From NCBI GenBank assembly GCA_965112155.1, contig OZ218099.1: DNA of 64,000 nucleotides; one strand, written 5' to 3'. Shown here in pieces: positions 51,713-64,000 of this stretch; the stretch's first letter is position 1; each line of letters opens with the position of its first letter. The notes under the pieces were generated by a model, which was not told the origin of the DNA, did no database searches, and saw only the letters and a program-made list of their open reading frames with translations. Source of the stretch: Podarcis liolepis (taxonomy: Eukaryota). A program made the translations under genes and the position numbers.

Positions 51713-51961
51713 GAAGAAGAAGAGTTTGGATTTGATATCCTGCTTTATTACTATCCGAAGGAGTCTCAAAGCGGCTAACAATCTCCTTTCCCTCCCTCCC
51801 CCACAACAAACACTCTGTGAGGTGAGGGGGGCTGAGAGACTTCAAAGAAGTGTGACTGGCCCAAGGTCACCCAGTAGCTGCATGTGGAGGAGCGGAGACG
51901 CGAACCCGGTTCCCCAGATTACGAGTCTACCACTCTTAACCACTACACCACACTGGCTCTC
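51713..51961 (-). mobile_element. Young full-length Squam3-type (Ther1/MIR-derived) SINE
   Basis: Reverse complement GAGAGCCAGTGTGGTGTAGTGGTTAAGAG...GGGTTCGCGTCTCC...GATATCAAATCCAAACT(CTT)n; CpGs retained. Confidence 0.85.
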
Positions 51962-54900
51962 TGACCCTTCTATGATTATATGCTTTGAGGAAGGTAAGGC
52001 TATCAGTACTGGACCTGGGCAATGTATTGATAAATCGCCCAGGACCGGTACGAGGGCCAGAACACAATGGCTGCTTCAACCTGGCCAGATGGCTTAGGGA
52101 CTCAGGAGTAACAGCTGTTTCACCTGCAATAAACGCTGGCCCTCAAGCCGCAGAGGGACCATACGGATGGGCAGCTTCTTTAAACTGCTCCGCTGCTTGC
52201 ACCTCAGCGAGCAGTTTAACGAAGACCCCACTCTGGCCCGTGTGAGCTGGAGGCCAGGGCTTGATCAACTGAGAAGCAGGCTTCCTTAAACCCCGTTTAT
52301 ATCGCCCAGCCCCAAATCAGTACTTAGGTTCTGCCTCTGATGATTAGTTGGTGGGGAACACAGAGACAGAGAACGCTGTTGCGCTCAGGTCCGAGTTTTG
52401 GATTCCTCTTAGGCATCTGGTTGGTCACTGTGAGAACTGGACGCTGGATCAGATGAGACCTTTGCGCTGACTCAGCAGGACCTTTGGTTAAGTTTATATA
52501 AAGACACTTCGCTTGTAGAGGAACAGAAGCCTTGGACCAATGTCTGCAGCATAAGCACATAAAATCAAGACGTATTTTTTCTGCCAACCAAACTCCTTGC
52601 TGGAATACAGAAAGCACGTAGAAAGCAAAGATTTGGAGAGTCCAAGGACTTACTCAGAACAGAGCGGCTTGCTGGTTATTCTTGACTGGCAGTCTCTTTG
52701 CAGCCATACACAGGGTGGGTTTCCTCCACTGGTTTCGTCAGCAAGTATAACCAGAAATTACGTCTGCTCTAGACAGAAGATGTTAACTTGCTAGTGCCAC
52801 ACTTTCTTATTGGGCCTCCTCCGTTCAGGCAGGGAGGCAAGCTGTAATAACTTTCTAAGTGACAAGCAGTAGTTTTGACTGGGGAACAGGGGGTGGGTGG
52901 AGAGAGGAGGAGAAATATGAACATAAATATTAACTTCCACAAGAATCTCTTGTATTTCATATTCCAGCTTTGAGCACCTTTTTATTGCCAAGCTGTAAAT
53001 GCCTGAAATTAACGCGCTTTTCTCCCTCTGAAATGCTGACAGATCGTTTGTTTTAATGGTGCTGGTGGGCACAAAGGCCCAGCCAAAACACGAACACTGG
53101 TCTATTTAAAACGCAACAGCAAAACCAAAATAGAGCTCGTGGGGTTTCTGCCAGCCTTACAGCAGCCTGGCTGGTTTTACAGATCTTTCTACAAGCTTCT
53201 CGAGGGAGACCTGGTCAGTTACCAGAAGGGAAGAACAAAGATCATTCCCACTGCTTTGAATTGGGCAGGAGGCAGGGAGAGATTGTTCCCCTCACGTCTT
53301 GGCATTGCCATGTTATCATACCTGTCTGCTCAAAGGCCTCTGAGGGTAAAGGCCTGTGTGGTGTCAAATCTGGGAATCAACTGCAGATCCCAGAAGGACT
53401 GAAAACACTTCAGTGCTGCCTTGATTTGAACTCAGTTCACCAAGAAGTATTTGTAAAGTAAAACCATGAGGTTAGCTTGACAATTTGATGGTGTACATTT
53501 GATGAGACTCAGAAGACCAGGATGTCAAAGTTCCTTTTAAGAATGTGAGGCAGGCAGGTCTCCATGACAGCCTTGTTTCCTTCCTGGGAAAGACCTTTGC
53601 TTTTTGTTTGTTTCTTGTGATGAAAAACAAAGCTCTAGCTTAAAAAAACAACAACCATGAGAGCAAAGACCACATTTTGCTTGAATCCATACAGTGATGT
53701 TCCCCAACCCTTGTGTAGCCTAGTCTGACGAGACACAATGAGATATCTCCCCCAATTTATGTCTCTCCTTCCCTGATTCCATGAATGAATGACAAGTGGG
53801 AAGCATCCATCTTCGCAGGATTTTGACTACATGCCAGCACCCCACAACTCTGCCACCTTTTGATCAGCTGGGTATCCCCTCAGGATTGGGGGGGGGGCAG
53901 GATTCACATTTTAATGTGAGCCTATCAAATCCTCACTTCCCAAACCAGTATGTGAACTCTGATGCAGCTATCCTGATTCACATTTCTCTGATTCAGTTCT
54001 CTGTCCAAAAGAAAAGAAAAAAAATTGTATGCAAGGTGCATATATTACAGGAATGTTTGCACAAAGCAATATTTCCCTAGCAATTCATGTACATGAGACA
54101 GAGATGGTCGTTGTCGTTTTTGGATCTCCATAAACATATTTCCATCTTCTGGTTTATTAGGGTCAGTTGTATGGACAATCATATAAGCTCCCTGCTTCAG
54201 GGAAAGGTTCATAATAATTCACTGGAATGCTCTGGTTTCTCTTCCGATTGTATAATAACTCCCCATGCAAAACACTGCTGACAAAGTCCATGGCATCTCC
54301 AGTTTGAAGGATCAGGAAGTTATCACAAGAACAACCGGAATCCCGCCAGTCAAAAGAGAAGCAGATTGGTGTTGGGTCTCGCTAAGAGAGCCTTATCGGA
54401 ATCCCAAAAAGTGTACCCAAATCAGGATCAGAAAAAAAACCCTTTTTGTAGCTAATGAAAGGAAAGAAATAAATATTAGCCAATCCCAGAATAGGCAAAT
54501 TCATACAGATTAATCAGGGATGAACAATTAACTTGACCGAAGAAAGGTATAGAAATACACCATACATCCAAAGGGGGGGGGGTTGGCACAGTGGAGGAAA
54601 TTCTCTAAAGCAATCACAGGATACTTTATACTGAGTTAACCTAATATAAATAACAGGAAGAAGGACAGCAGGGATCTATGGCTTCTACTGCCCAGTGGCA
54701 GCCAGTGATCCAAATAGGAAACCAAACTTTCACACTGGATCAGCCACGTTTGGCAAAGGTGCTTCAATCCCATGCCAACTTACTTGGGAGTAAGCCCCAC
54801 TGAATCTGCTTATGAGCAGGTGTGCCTAGGGTTGTCTGTAAGGCTGCAATCCTAGGAAGTAAACCCCAATGAACACAGTGAGCATTACTTCTGAGTAAAC

Positions 54901-56668
54901 ATGCATAGGGTTGCGCTGTAAACTGGCCATATCTAGAAACTTTTCATGCTTCCCATATTAATTTTTCCCTGGTAGTGGAAATGAAATGAATGATTGGGGT
55001 TTGTTTGTTTTTTTAAGTGAAGTGTGAATCAGCAAGTGCGTACAGTGCATCATTTATATTCTTCAGGGAATAAATAACATGGAAATAAGTAAAAAGCTAC
55101 ACACACATTACATTACTGTGCTCAGCATCCTGTTATTTCAGCCTAAAATTCTACATCAGCCGGCTTGTGTTCATCGCCCTTGTGGCTTAATTTGGCCAAA
55201 AGGTATGAGCCTTAAAAAGAACACACTGAATTTGGTTCGATATGTAGAGGGTGGGGGTTGGGGGGAACATTATTTCCCCTACTTCTGAAAGAAAGGCAGG
55301 GGGAGAGCCCCTCTTAACTGCAATGAAACACGATAATCCATCCTCTGCCAGTCTCCTCCTGATTCACAGTAGGTTCACCACCTGTTTTCCTTTTCTCGCA
55401 GGCAGCCCAAACTCAGCAGGAGGTCAGCCCCCTGCTGTCGGGATTTCAATGCAATCAGAAAAAAAGGCAAGGCGACAGCTCAATTCAATTCCTAGCCTCA
55501 ATGGGAAGTATTATGAACAAATATTTCGGTGAGGCAGGCTTTGCAGCCATCGGTGGGTTTTGCCTGAGCACACGTCCATGTGCTTGAACGAGCTGTGTGA
55601 TGTGCCAGGGTCCTCGTGGTTAAATTATAAACCAGAGTGGGATAAAGAACAACAAAAAATGTGTGGCGGGGGGTGGGGGGGAGAGGGAAGAAACCTGTGC
55701 AGTCATCAGATGCAAAATATTCGACCTGTCTTCTTGAAAGAGTTCTTTCTTCACAAGTCAGCATGGCCAAGTTGAACTTGAATCAGCCTGTTCAACTTTC
55801 AGAGCCATAAAGCTCTGATGCCTATGATCTTTTTGTACAGCCCAGTGATTCCTCAAAGAGGCTAGGACACAGCTCTTGCACCAAGAAGATTATATTCTGC
55901 AGTAAATTAAACTGGCAAAGTTGCAGCTAAAAGGCACCTAAAGCACCTGCAAATTTTCTGAGGGCTTCTTTATTCACGCTTATATCTCTTTCTCTTTTCC
56001 TTTAAATCTTTCATCGAGTTTGTCTTGACTGTGCTCTGTTTATTTGAAATGGCTCGAGCAATACTTGTCCGATTTCATGGAAAGTGTTCCAACTGCCATT
56101 GGGAAGGGGAAGGGTGATATATAGCTGGAAGTTATTAATATGCAATGCACCCGTTGTTCTGGTCCCTGGAGTGAAAGTTTGAGAGTGGACGTAGAAAGAA
56201 AGCAAAATAAATGATTCAAGCTTCGGGTCCTTATGCTAAGGCAGGAGGCATTTTCTCACTGCCTTAAAAATCACTAACAAAGCAACCCCACCCCACCCCC
56301 TTACACTGGGCTGGTGGGGTTGGGATCAGCAGAGGTGTCCTTTTGCCCGGATCTCCTGGCATAGCACCAGCTGCCACTGGAAGGCCCAGAAATGGCCAGG
56401 AAGGATCCTTAATCACTTTCCTTGCTGTTGTGCAATATGCTTGCCCCCCACCTCTGCTTCAGCCGCTGTGCACAGATGTGGCAGTGGCCCCTCCATTTCA
56501 CACAGCCTCACCAGCAATGGGGGGGGGGGTGCCATAAGACTGCAATGGGAACCAACCCAGACCTTGTCATCATCATTTGAGGCCCTTATTTGTGTGCTCC
56601 CTCCACAAGACGTTTGGAGGGTGGCGACACAAGAATGTGTTGTGGAATGCTCTCCCCGGCAAGGCTGC

Positions 56669-56780
56669 CAGAGCATTTTTTTCAGCTGGAACTTAGTTCC
56701 GGCACCATTGCTATTCTAATAGAATGAGGGATGTGTTCATGGTGAATTCTGGCACCTCTTTTTCTAGAAAAATATCACGG
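56669..56780. mobile_element. Short hAT-like MITE
   Basis: cagagcatttttt...aaaaatatcacgg ends, internal ttc(c/t)ggcacc repeats, 8-bp TSD aaggctgc / atggctgc. Confidence 0.65.
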
Positions 56781-56807
56781 ATGGCTGCCATATTGAAAGG
56801 AATAAAA

Positions 56808-57060
56808 CATGGGTAGGCAAATTAAGGTCCAGGGGCTGGATCCAGCCCAATCGCCTTCTCAATCCGGCCCGCGGATAGTCCAGGAATCAGCGTGTTTTTA
56901 CATGAGTAGATTGTACCCTTATATTTAAAATGCATCTCTGGGTTATTTGTGGGGCATAGGAATTTGTTCATTTCCCCCCAAAAATATAGTCCGCTCCCCC
57001 CCCCACAAGGTCTGAGGGACAGTGGACCAGCCCCCTGCTGAAAAGGTTTGCTGGCCCCTG
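56808..57060 (+). mobile_element. hAT MITE, copy 3
   Basis: CATGGGTAGGCAAA...TTTGCTGGCCCCTG; TSD GAATAAAA (56800-56807 and 57061-57068). Confidence 0.92.
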
Positions 57061-58649
57061 GAATAAAACCATGCTCTAAAGGCTGTTTACTTCTCCAAAA
57101 TCCTACATATTATGTTTCTCCAGTGTCAGAAAGGAAAGGAACTTTGATTGTGGCATGTTAGCCTTCGCCAATCAGACAACATTTAAATGTTCTGGACCAC
57201 AGCTCACTATGCTATGTACAAGAGAAGCAATTCTACAGTCCACAAGGGAAAACATTTCTCTTTCCACCACTCCCCACTCCCTCTCTCAGTTTCCTACAAT
57301 GCCCCATATGCCTACTTCTCACCACTTCCATGGCCCAATCGCCGCCAACTATTTCATTTCACTGGAGTCAGTGTCTCCACAAGAAGTCAAATAAAATTCC
57401 ATTAGTTTAGAAGTTGTTTTTCCTCTTTTTCCTGTGGCATATATTGACTTGATATTAAGGGTGGGTGACACTGCCTCAGTGCCTGGCGTTTGGATACCAT
57501 TCTAATGAAAAACAGTGTAATCAGAAAGATGACAATAGTTATCCACAAGAATCTGGAAAGCCATTACTTAGGCCAAGAACAGCTTGGCAAATATTGACCT
57601 TCTCACCTATTCTTTACTAACCCAATAGCAGACAACCAGCACTGTAGTTATTAACAAAGACAATCCTATAAGCCTGATATGAGCAAATGATTTAGCACCT
57701 GCAGGTAAAACTTTTATGCAGTCTTAATTTACTACCCACTGGTGACCCTTTTTTTATAAGTCAGAACAGGATAGATTAGATCTTGCATGTAAATTTTATG
57801 TTTTGTCATTCGGGAGATTTATGATTTTAGTTACACCTAGCGCATGCAATGAAGTAAAGCCATGTAATAGCTGAACATGTCATCTTAAACTCCATGAAAC
57901 TGCAGAGCTTCGGAGGGTATTACACTCCTCCTAAAAACCACAAGAAGTGGAGAGCATTTCAATCAGAATGCAACTCGGGTTTGTTAAATTTTACAATGTG
58001 AAGAGAAAGAGAGGATTATTATCGCAAAGTCTCTGAAAGTATTAGTGGTCTTATCGGGAAATTGTGATGTCATAAAAACAGATCCCTCGTTGTTAACAAA
58101 ACAATGAAGTTATCCAGCAACAGATCTTCTGAAACAGTTTTCACTAGCTCATATTTTACACTTTTCCCATGTTGACTATTCTGTAGTAAACACACTGCCA
58201 ACTTAAACTCCCAGAAACAACTTCTGCAACATGGAAAGCCTTTTGGAGTGGGTCTAGGTGTTACTTTCTCCCCATCTGTGCTGAGTTTCCCACAACCTAG
58301 AAATGCCATGAAGCAAAACTTGACCATAATGTAGTGTTCCCACACACACACCTATAATCCATGTCAACAGCTGGTTCATGATTGGCCGGGTTCATATAGT
58401 GAGTACTGCTTCCCAATATGGCTAGGAAATTGGAAACTTACTATGGGGATACCAATCATATCTGGTTTATTTTCCTAGTTTGTTAAAGGACATTAAGCCA
58501 GAAGTCTCCGATTCCCATGTAACAAGGAACTCCAGCTTAGTACTAGAAGGGATCTGAAAATGGCACAGGACAGGACAAGGGAGGAGCTGGGCATGTCCAA
58601 TAACATCTGGAGGGACACATCCTTTGTTTATGAAGCTATGAATGAACCA

Positions 58650-58719
58650 GAACAATAAATTTGGGGGTGGGGTATATAATGGCTGAACAATAAATTTGGG
58701 GGTGGGGTATATAATGGCT
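58650..58719. repeat. Perfect 35-bp tandem duplication
   Basis: gaacaataaatttgggggtggggtatataatggct x2. Confidence 0.9.
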
Positions 58720-60577
58720 TGCCTTATAACACCTGCCCCCAACATTGTGGGTGTAGAAAGCTGTTCGCCATTTTGGTCCTGGCAAACAAGCAATCTAAAA
58801 GAGGCAGGGGTGACCCAATATCTTATACTGGATCAACAGTTTGGGATTTAAGTAGTTGGTATTTGATGTGTGGGGGAAGAAAACCTTGGCGTTTTTAAGG
58901 CTCTTTCCAGTTGCTTTCTAAACTAGTTTTCAAAAGGATGTTTGAAGAGGGTCTCACATCAAGGATACCTGTCAATGTGCACATGGGGAAGGATTGATTG
59001 GATTAGCGCAAAAGGTTTCACTCCATTCCTTCCTTTAAAATTTGTTTGCAATAAAGCAAAGAATTCCATTTTCAAGCTTAGTTCTCCTGCTGGGACTGCC
59101 ACTGCCCCACCTATGCAGTCGGCCCAGATGTAAACTTTAGAAGGAGATTAAAATTATTGATGCTATAAAAGTCAAGACCAGCTATGCAGGGAGCGCAGGT
59201 TTCACTAAGTCCCTTTTACAAAGGACCAAAACAACCTGCACATTTATTTATTTTTATTTTCTGCAGAGCTCTACTCCATGTACAACTTTCACATATACTG
59301 AGTTTATACAAAGTTATTTTCATTGCCCATAACCTTAGCTCTATATGCAGTTATCAACACCTGAAGCTTTATTCTAGCAAGTAGAAATCATTTAGTGAGT
59401 TAGATGTTGTTTTGAGTTGAAAATACCACTTTGCATACAAGTCATGCTTTAATTATGTAGTAGCAACTAAATGATCTCAGCAAAGAGCTCTGTCTCATTC
59501 TTCTAAGTCAAATCGCTAAAATACAACGATTTTCTAATAATGTGACCATCTGAACAATGAAATAAGTAACTATGTGGATTGTCAAATTAGTATATTAAAC
59601 TCACATTCACTCATATTTCTAGAAGTTCTAATCTTTAGTATTACTTCCACAAAAGCGGAATAAATGAAGAAAGAGGTCATTATCCTACGATAATTAATAA
59701 TGCAAGCATACCCATAAGGCCTTGAGTACAGACTAAGGTTGATTTTAGCATATTGTTGTCAGAATATTTCCCTCCCTACAATTTTTCTTTTTCCTGTTCT
59801 AGCCCAGGAAAGATTAATTAAGGCTGGCATAACTTGCGAATATGAACTACAACTTGACCAAGGGTGGCTAATATTTTTTCAGTCAAGGGTTGCCTTAACC
59901 CATGGTCAACACAACTTCAGGTCACAGTGGATGTGGCTAAAGTGTAAAAGTGAGTGTAACCAAAGTGTGAATGTGTCATCCTTTTTTAAAAAAAATATTT
60001 ATTTTAATTAGACACAGGGGAATGTCTCTTGGGAGGATCAGGAAAATCTATCGACACAACAAAATTACAGCAGAGGATCTGTAAGAATGGTCAGGGGATG
60101 GTAGATACTTGGTGTAAATCCCTTCACTGGCACTTAGTAAATGACTGCAGCAGACAATCATGTGATGATAAAGTTCATCTCCATATAGTCATACTAGCAT
60201 TTCATGAGGAATAGGCCCTTTGCTTAGACAAAGGGGACATCTACCAGCCATTGTAGCTGTGCAAGTATCATCCATTTTGGTGGTGACTCCTATGAAAGGC
60301 CCACTGGCATGGATCAATTTGGCGCAACTGCAGCGGGGTTTATTGGGCTGCCTCTCATTGCAGGTCTCAACATTCTCTCTGAAGCATCGGCTGACAGACC
60401 AAAGTACTTCTGTATGCATATGCATGCGTGGATGTGTGTTCTTGCTTGGTGGGTGCCAACGTTTCCCCTTCCTTATAAGGAATGACATATGTGACAACCG
60501 ACAGTTGCAAATGGCAAGAACAGGTGTCTGATTACACACAGTATCATCAGTGTTTACTAAGCCACATCTGAGCTTTC

Positions 60578-60757
60578 NNNNNNNNNNNNNNNNNNNNNNN
60601 NNNNNNNNNNNNNNNNNNNNNNNNNNNNNNNNNNNNNNNNNNNNNNNNNNNNNNNNNNNNNNNNNNNNNNNNNNNNNNNNNNNNNNNNNNNNNNNNNNNN
60701 NNNNNNNNNNNNNNNNNNNNNNNNNNNNNNNNNNNNNNNNNNNNNNNNNNNNNNNNN
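60578..60757. other. Assembly gap (180 N)
   Basis: Run of N. Confidence 1.
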
Positions 60758-60943
60758 GTAGGTGACCCAGACACAGAAATAGATGCTGCCTTAACAAGTG
60801 TGACAAGGCAACACAGCATGTTAAGTAACATCACATTACACCCACATCCATCTTTATTCACTTAGCAGCTTATTTTTGACACCATTCTACCATCACATTT
60901 ATATATGTGTGTATTTATATATATCATTTATATATGTGTGTCT

Positions 60944-61187
60944 GCCAACCTAGCAGTTTGAAAGCACGTCAAAGTGCAAGTAGATAAATAGGTACTGCTC
61001 TGGTGGGAAGGTAAACGGTAATTCCGTGCGCTGCTCTGGTTCGCCAGAAGCGGCTTAGTCATGCTGGTCACATGACCCAGATGTCTGCGGACAAACATTG
61101 GCTCCCTCGGCCAGTAAAGCAAGATGAGTGCCGCAACCCCAGAGTCGCCCACGACTGGACCTAACAGTCAGGGGTCCCATTACCTTT
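60944..61187 (+). mobile_element. 5'-truncated Sauria SINE
   Basis: Matches the 3' two-thirds of 7068-7428 in opposite orientation, ends taccttt; 13-bp TSD TATATGTGTGTCT (60931-60943 and 61188-61200). Confidence 0.9.
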
Positions 61188-64000
61188 TATATGTGTGTCT
61201 AAGATGCGCAAAGTTTTCTTCAGTGAATACACAGCAAAGAAAGGTTGTAGGTACAAGACTTCTAGTCTTATTGGCAGTGTGTTCTGAAAACAAGCTAATC
61301 TGCCAATGCTGCTCAGACAGTACTCCAGTTTTAAACCAGTCTTTTTCTACCTGCAAAATTTGTTTGATCAGAGGCAGTGAGAGGGCGAGTATACCACCAC
61401 AGCTCAATGGCTGCAAAGCACAAAAAGGCTCCCCGTGTCTGTGCCATTGGCACTGCTGAACTGGAAAGAAAAACAGTGGAGGGACCACCCCAAAACCACA
61501 GAGCAGCATTTTGAGGATAAGGGACTTCCCATGGCCCCTAGCACTGCATTCTGGGAAACCCATCCAATTAGGAATGGTGCTATCTTGCAATAGAGGCAGT
61601 GGGTTTACATGGGGAGTTGGGGGGGGAGTGGGCCAGAGCTGTCCAGTTCTGCTCCACTTATCAGCACAAATGTTTCTTTAACAGTTCGAGCCTAACTCGT
61701 GTTTACCTAAAAGCAAGTGCTGTATTCACTGGGGCTTTCTCCCCAAAAACTATGGCTAGGATTATGGCATAAGCATTGCAACTGAGGGCAACTAGTTTGC
61801 AAATCAACTTCACTCCAAGTATTTCAGGCTCAACTAGTTTGTGGATCTGCTGTATCTAAGCAAGAATCTGAACTGGGGTTTCTGTGCTATGGAGCGATCC
61901 CTCCCACTGAGAGAGTCAACAGTGGGATAACGCATGCTGTTTGCAGAGCGGGGTTTCCCTCTGGGAACTTCATTTAGATTATTTACTGGCATATCAGGTT
62001 TGTGCCAAGCATTTGCTCAAGCCAATTACTGGAGCCCCTCATCTGGATTTGATTTTTTTTAATGTTACTAATCATCCCATCTTGCTGAAAGAAGAAAGAG
62101 AAATTATGAATTAATTTATTGACTGCCACAGAAAAGCTGCATAGAGACAATGCACATTGGACTTTATTTACCATGAATTTCCAGAAATGGGGGTAGAGAT
62201 CTTCAAGTCTCTTAACCAACTGACTGAGACAACAAGTCTGTTTTTTTCCTTCTTCTTCATAAACACCTTTGGCGGTATTTACTTTCTATCAGTGGGGGGG
62301 GGGGGGAATTCCCCTTACAGCATGTTCAGGATATTAGGAAAGTAAAAAGGCAATCTATACAAGCAAAAGGTAAGATATTGAACTAGATTCCCTGCAGCAG
62401 AAGTCTTCCACATGGAGGTAATATTTTAGGATGACGGAATTGATTTCCAAGCCTGTGTAGCCGTGTGTTGCATTCATAAGATCAGATATTTAATGGGAAA
62501 AGCCAACATGAAAGGCAATATCAGATTTCATAGGCTATGAAGTCTACAGAAGACTAATAGTGAATAAATCCCCCATGACAATGAATGAGAAGTTGAGGAA
62601 AATTTGTGTGCAAAGCCTATTTTTCCACTCTTCTCTTCAGATCAGCCATTTTATTCTTATGGTATGTCTTGTTCCTCTCAAGTTATTCTTTCCTTAAAGC
62701 TGAATGGATGCAGTCATTTCTTTCCAGTTCTTTTTGATTTGCCATATATATTTCCTAAGCACCTGCAGCTGCATGTGGTGGATGTTGGCTGATATCTGCA
62801 GGGCCCTCCATCAGAAGACCAGGCTGAAGTAGATGATCTGTGGCACTCCTTCCCATCCCGTGCTTCTGTTATTCCCTTGATTCCTCTCACTAGTACATCT
62901 ACTGACGCAAGACCCACACTAACATTTTCAGTGACCCAGTGGAACGGAGTGTGGACCTTTCATGAAAAGTTGCCCAACTACACTTGTGCAAGTTCATCTC
63001 CTTTCACTGGGGTTTAATTTAAGCCATGACCTTACATTACCCTTGGAATCTCTTTTCAATTCAGTAATAATAATAAAAGATGCTATATGCAGAGTGTGCT
63101 CTGATGCCCAACTGCCAAACTGTTATGAATTGTGGTAAGAGCCTCCAGGTTATAAGCTCTCAACCCTTAGCATTGTCAATAATTGCATCCTTGCCCACTT
63201 CATGAAAGAAAATATCCTTGAAGGGCATCCCAACTGAGATAATTTGGATGGATTTACATGACTTCCTTATCTCCCATGAATATTCCCTGCCCCCTACCCC
63301 CCCAGTTTTATCATGGCATGTTCAGACTGAGGATGTTTTAAACTATTAAGCTAGAAAACAATACCAGTTAAATAATTCCATGTCAGCTATTTACAGCCAT
63401 GGGGCTATCACAGGGCATAATAGGCTCAACACACCTAGCAGGACACACAATGAGGTCGTGTTTTTTCACTAGCTTGGATTTGATGTTTGATAGGATGAAT
63501 TGTTTTAACTGAATATCCTGCAATGATTAATTTTATTTGTTTTATATTGTGAGATTTGTATATTCTCAACTGATTTGGATGCTTTGTGCATGTTTGGAGG
63601 GGGCAGAATGTGAATTTTCGAATAAGATAAAATACTCTAGGTTGAACCTAATCACCATCTGACTTACTCTCTCTTATCCAAGAAGACTTCTTCCAGTAAG
63701 AAAAGTATTTCTTCCCCCTCCCTTTAAAAAATAATCAGCCAACTTCTATCCCTGTATCTAACTAAATGTACCATATCTAAATACAACATTCATATTAATT
63801 TCCTCATACATTCCAAATCCAAACGTTTACTTAAAACTGAATGATAAAATGCAGCTTTGGTTTACACATAAAGAGATGCAAGATCATCTCTGAAGACTAA
63901 AAAGATAGATTGCCAGGTTCTGTCAAATTAAAATATGAGACAAATTAACCCTCATTAAAAACAAGCACCTGCATCACAGCCTACCAACTGTGAAAATAGC

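Larger units (their letters stand above)
51195..52010 (+). mobile_element. Old CR1 fragment split by a hAT MITE and a SINE
   Basis: KGRLQHLGIFS...GDMTETCKTLHGVVKVNR before 51345; agattcaggac...aagaaagtacttcttcacacagcg...gtgatggccacaaacctgga after 51560; taaggctatca after the SINE. Confidence 0.7.

Noticed and set aside
51573-52097. 174-aa ORF
   Set aside because: Spans CR1 and SINE sequence; chance open frame.
60189-60861. ORFs spanning the N run
   Set aside because: Artefacts of the assembly gap.
32100-64000. Neighbouring gene exons, endogenous viral element or CRISPR-like array
   Set aside because: No ORF with recognisable host or viral homology and no regularly spaced repeat-spacer structure were seen.

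Overview
Vertebrate genomic DNA, most likely from a squamate and probably a lacertid lizard, judging by Sauria/Squam-type SINEs and CR1/L2/Penelope/hAT/Tc1-mariner relics. The + strand carries the 3' half of PDZRN3 (LNX3/SEMCAP3, PDZ domain-containing RING finger 3) as seven GT-AG coding exons: 12004-12257, 15271-15358, 24064-24162, 25174-25236, 26987-27091, 28173-28289 and 29331-30863. These splice in frame to 752 aa ending in the PDZ-binding tail -SVTTV, with a probable 3' UTR to about 32070. The RING, zinc-finger and first-PDZ exons lie upstream of the window. The rest is intron and about 32 kb of downstream intergenic DNA with no other recognisable protein-coding gene and a 180-N assembly gap. 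It contains many transposon relics (several with readable target-site duplications and nested insertions), microsatellites, a 5S-rRNA-derived fragment, a long hairpin, and several repeat-poor, motif-dense blocks that look like conserved non-coding enhancers. I found no convincing novel multi-gene system. The best leads are regulatory (candidate enhancers, divergent CTCF-like sites, a NAGNAG acceptor, a CpG-rich last exon) and TE-evolutionary (a Rex1/Babar relic, OposCharlie-like hAT MITEs, nested insertions). Family names and human comparisons are from recall, not database searches.
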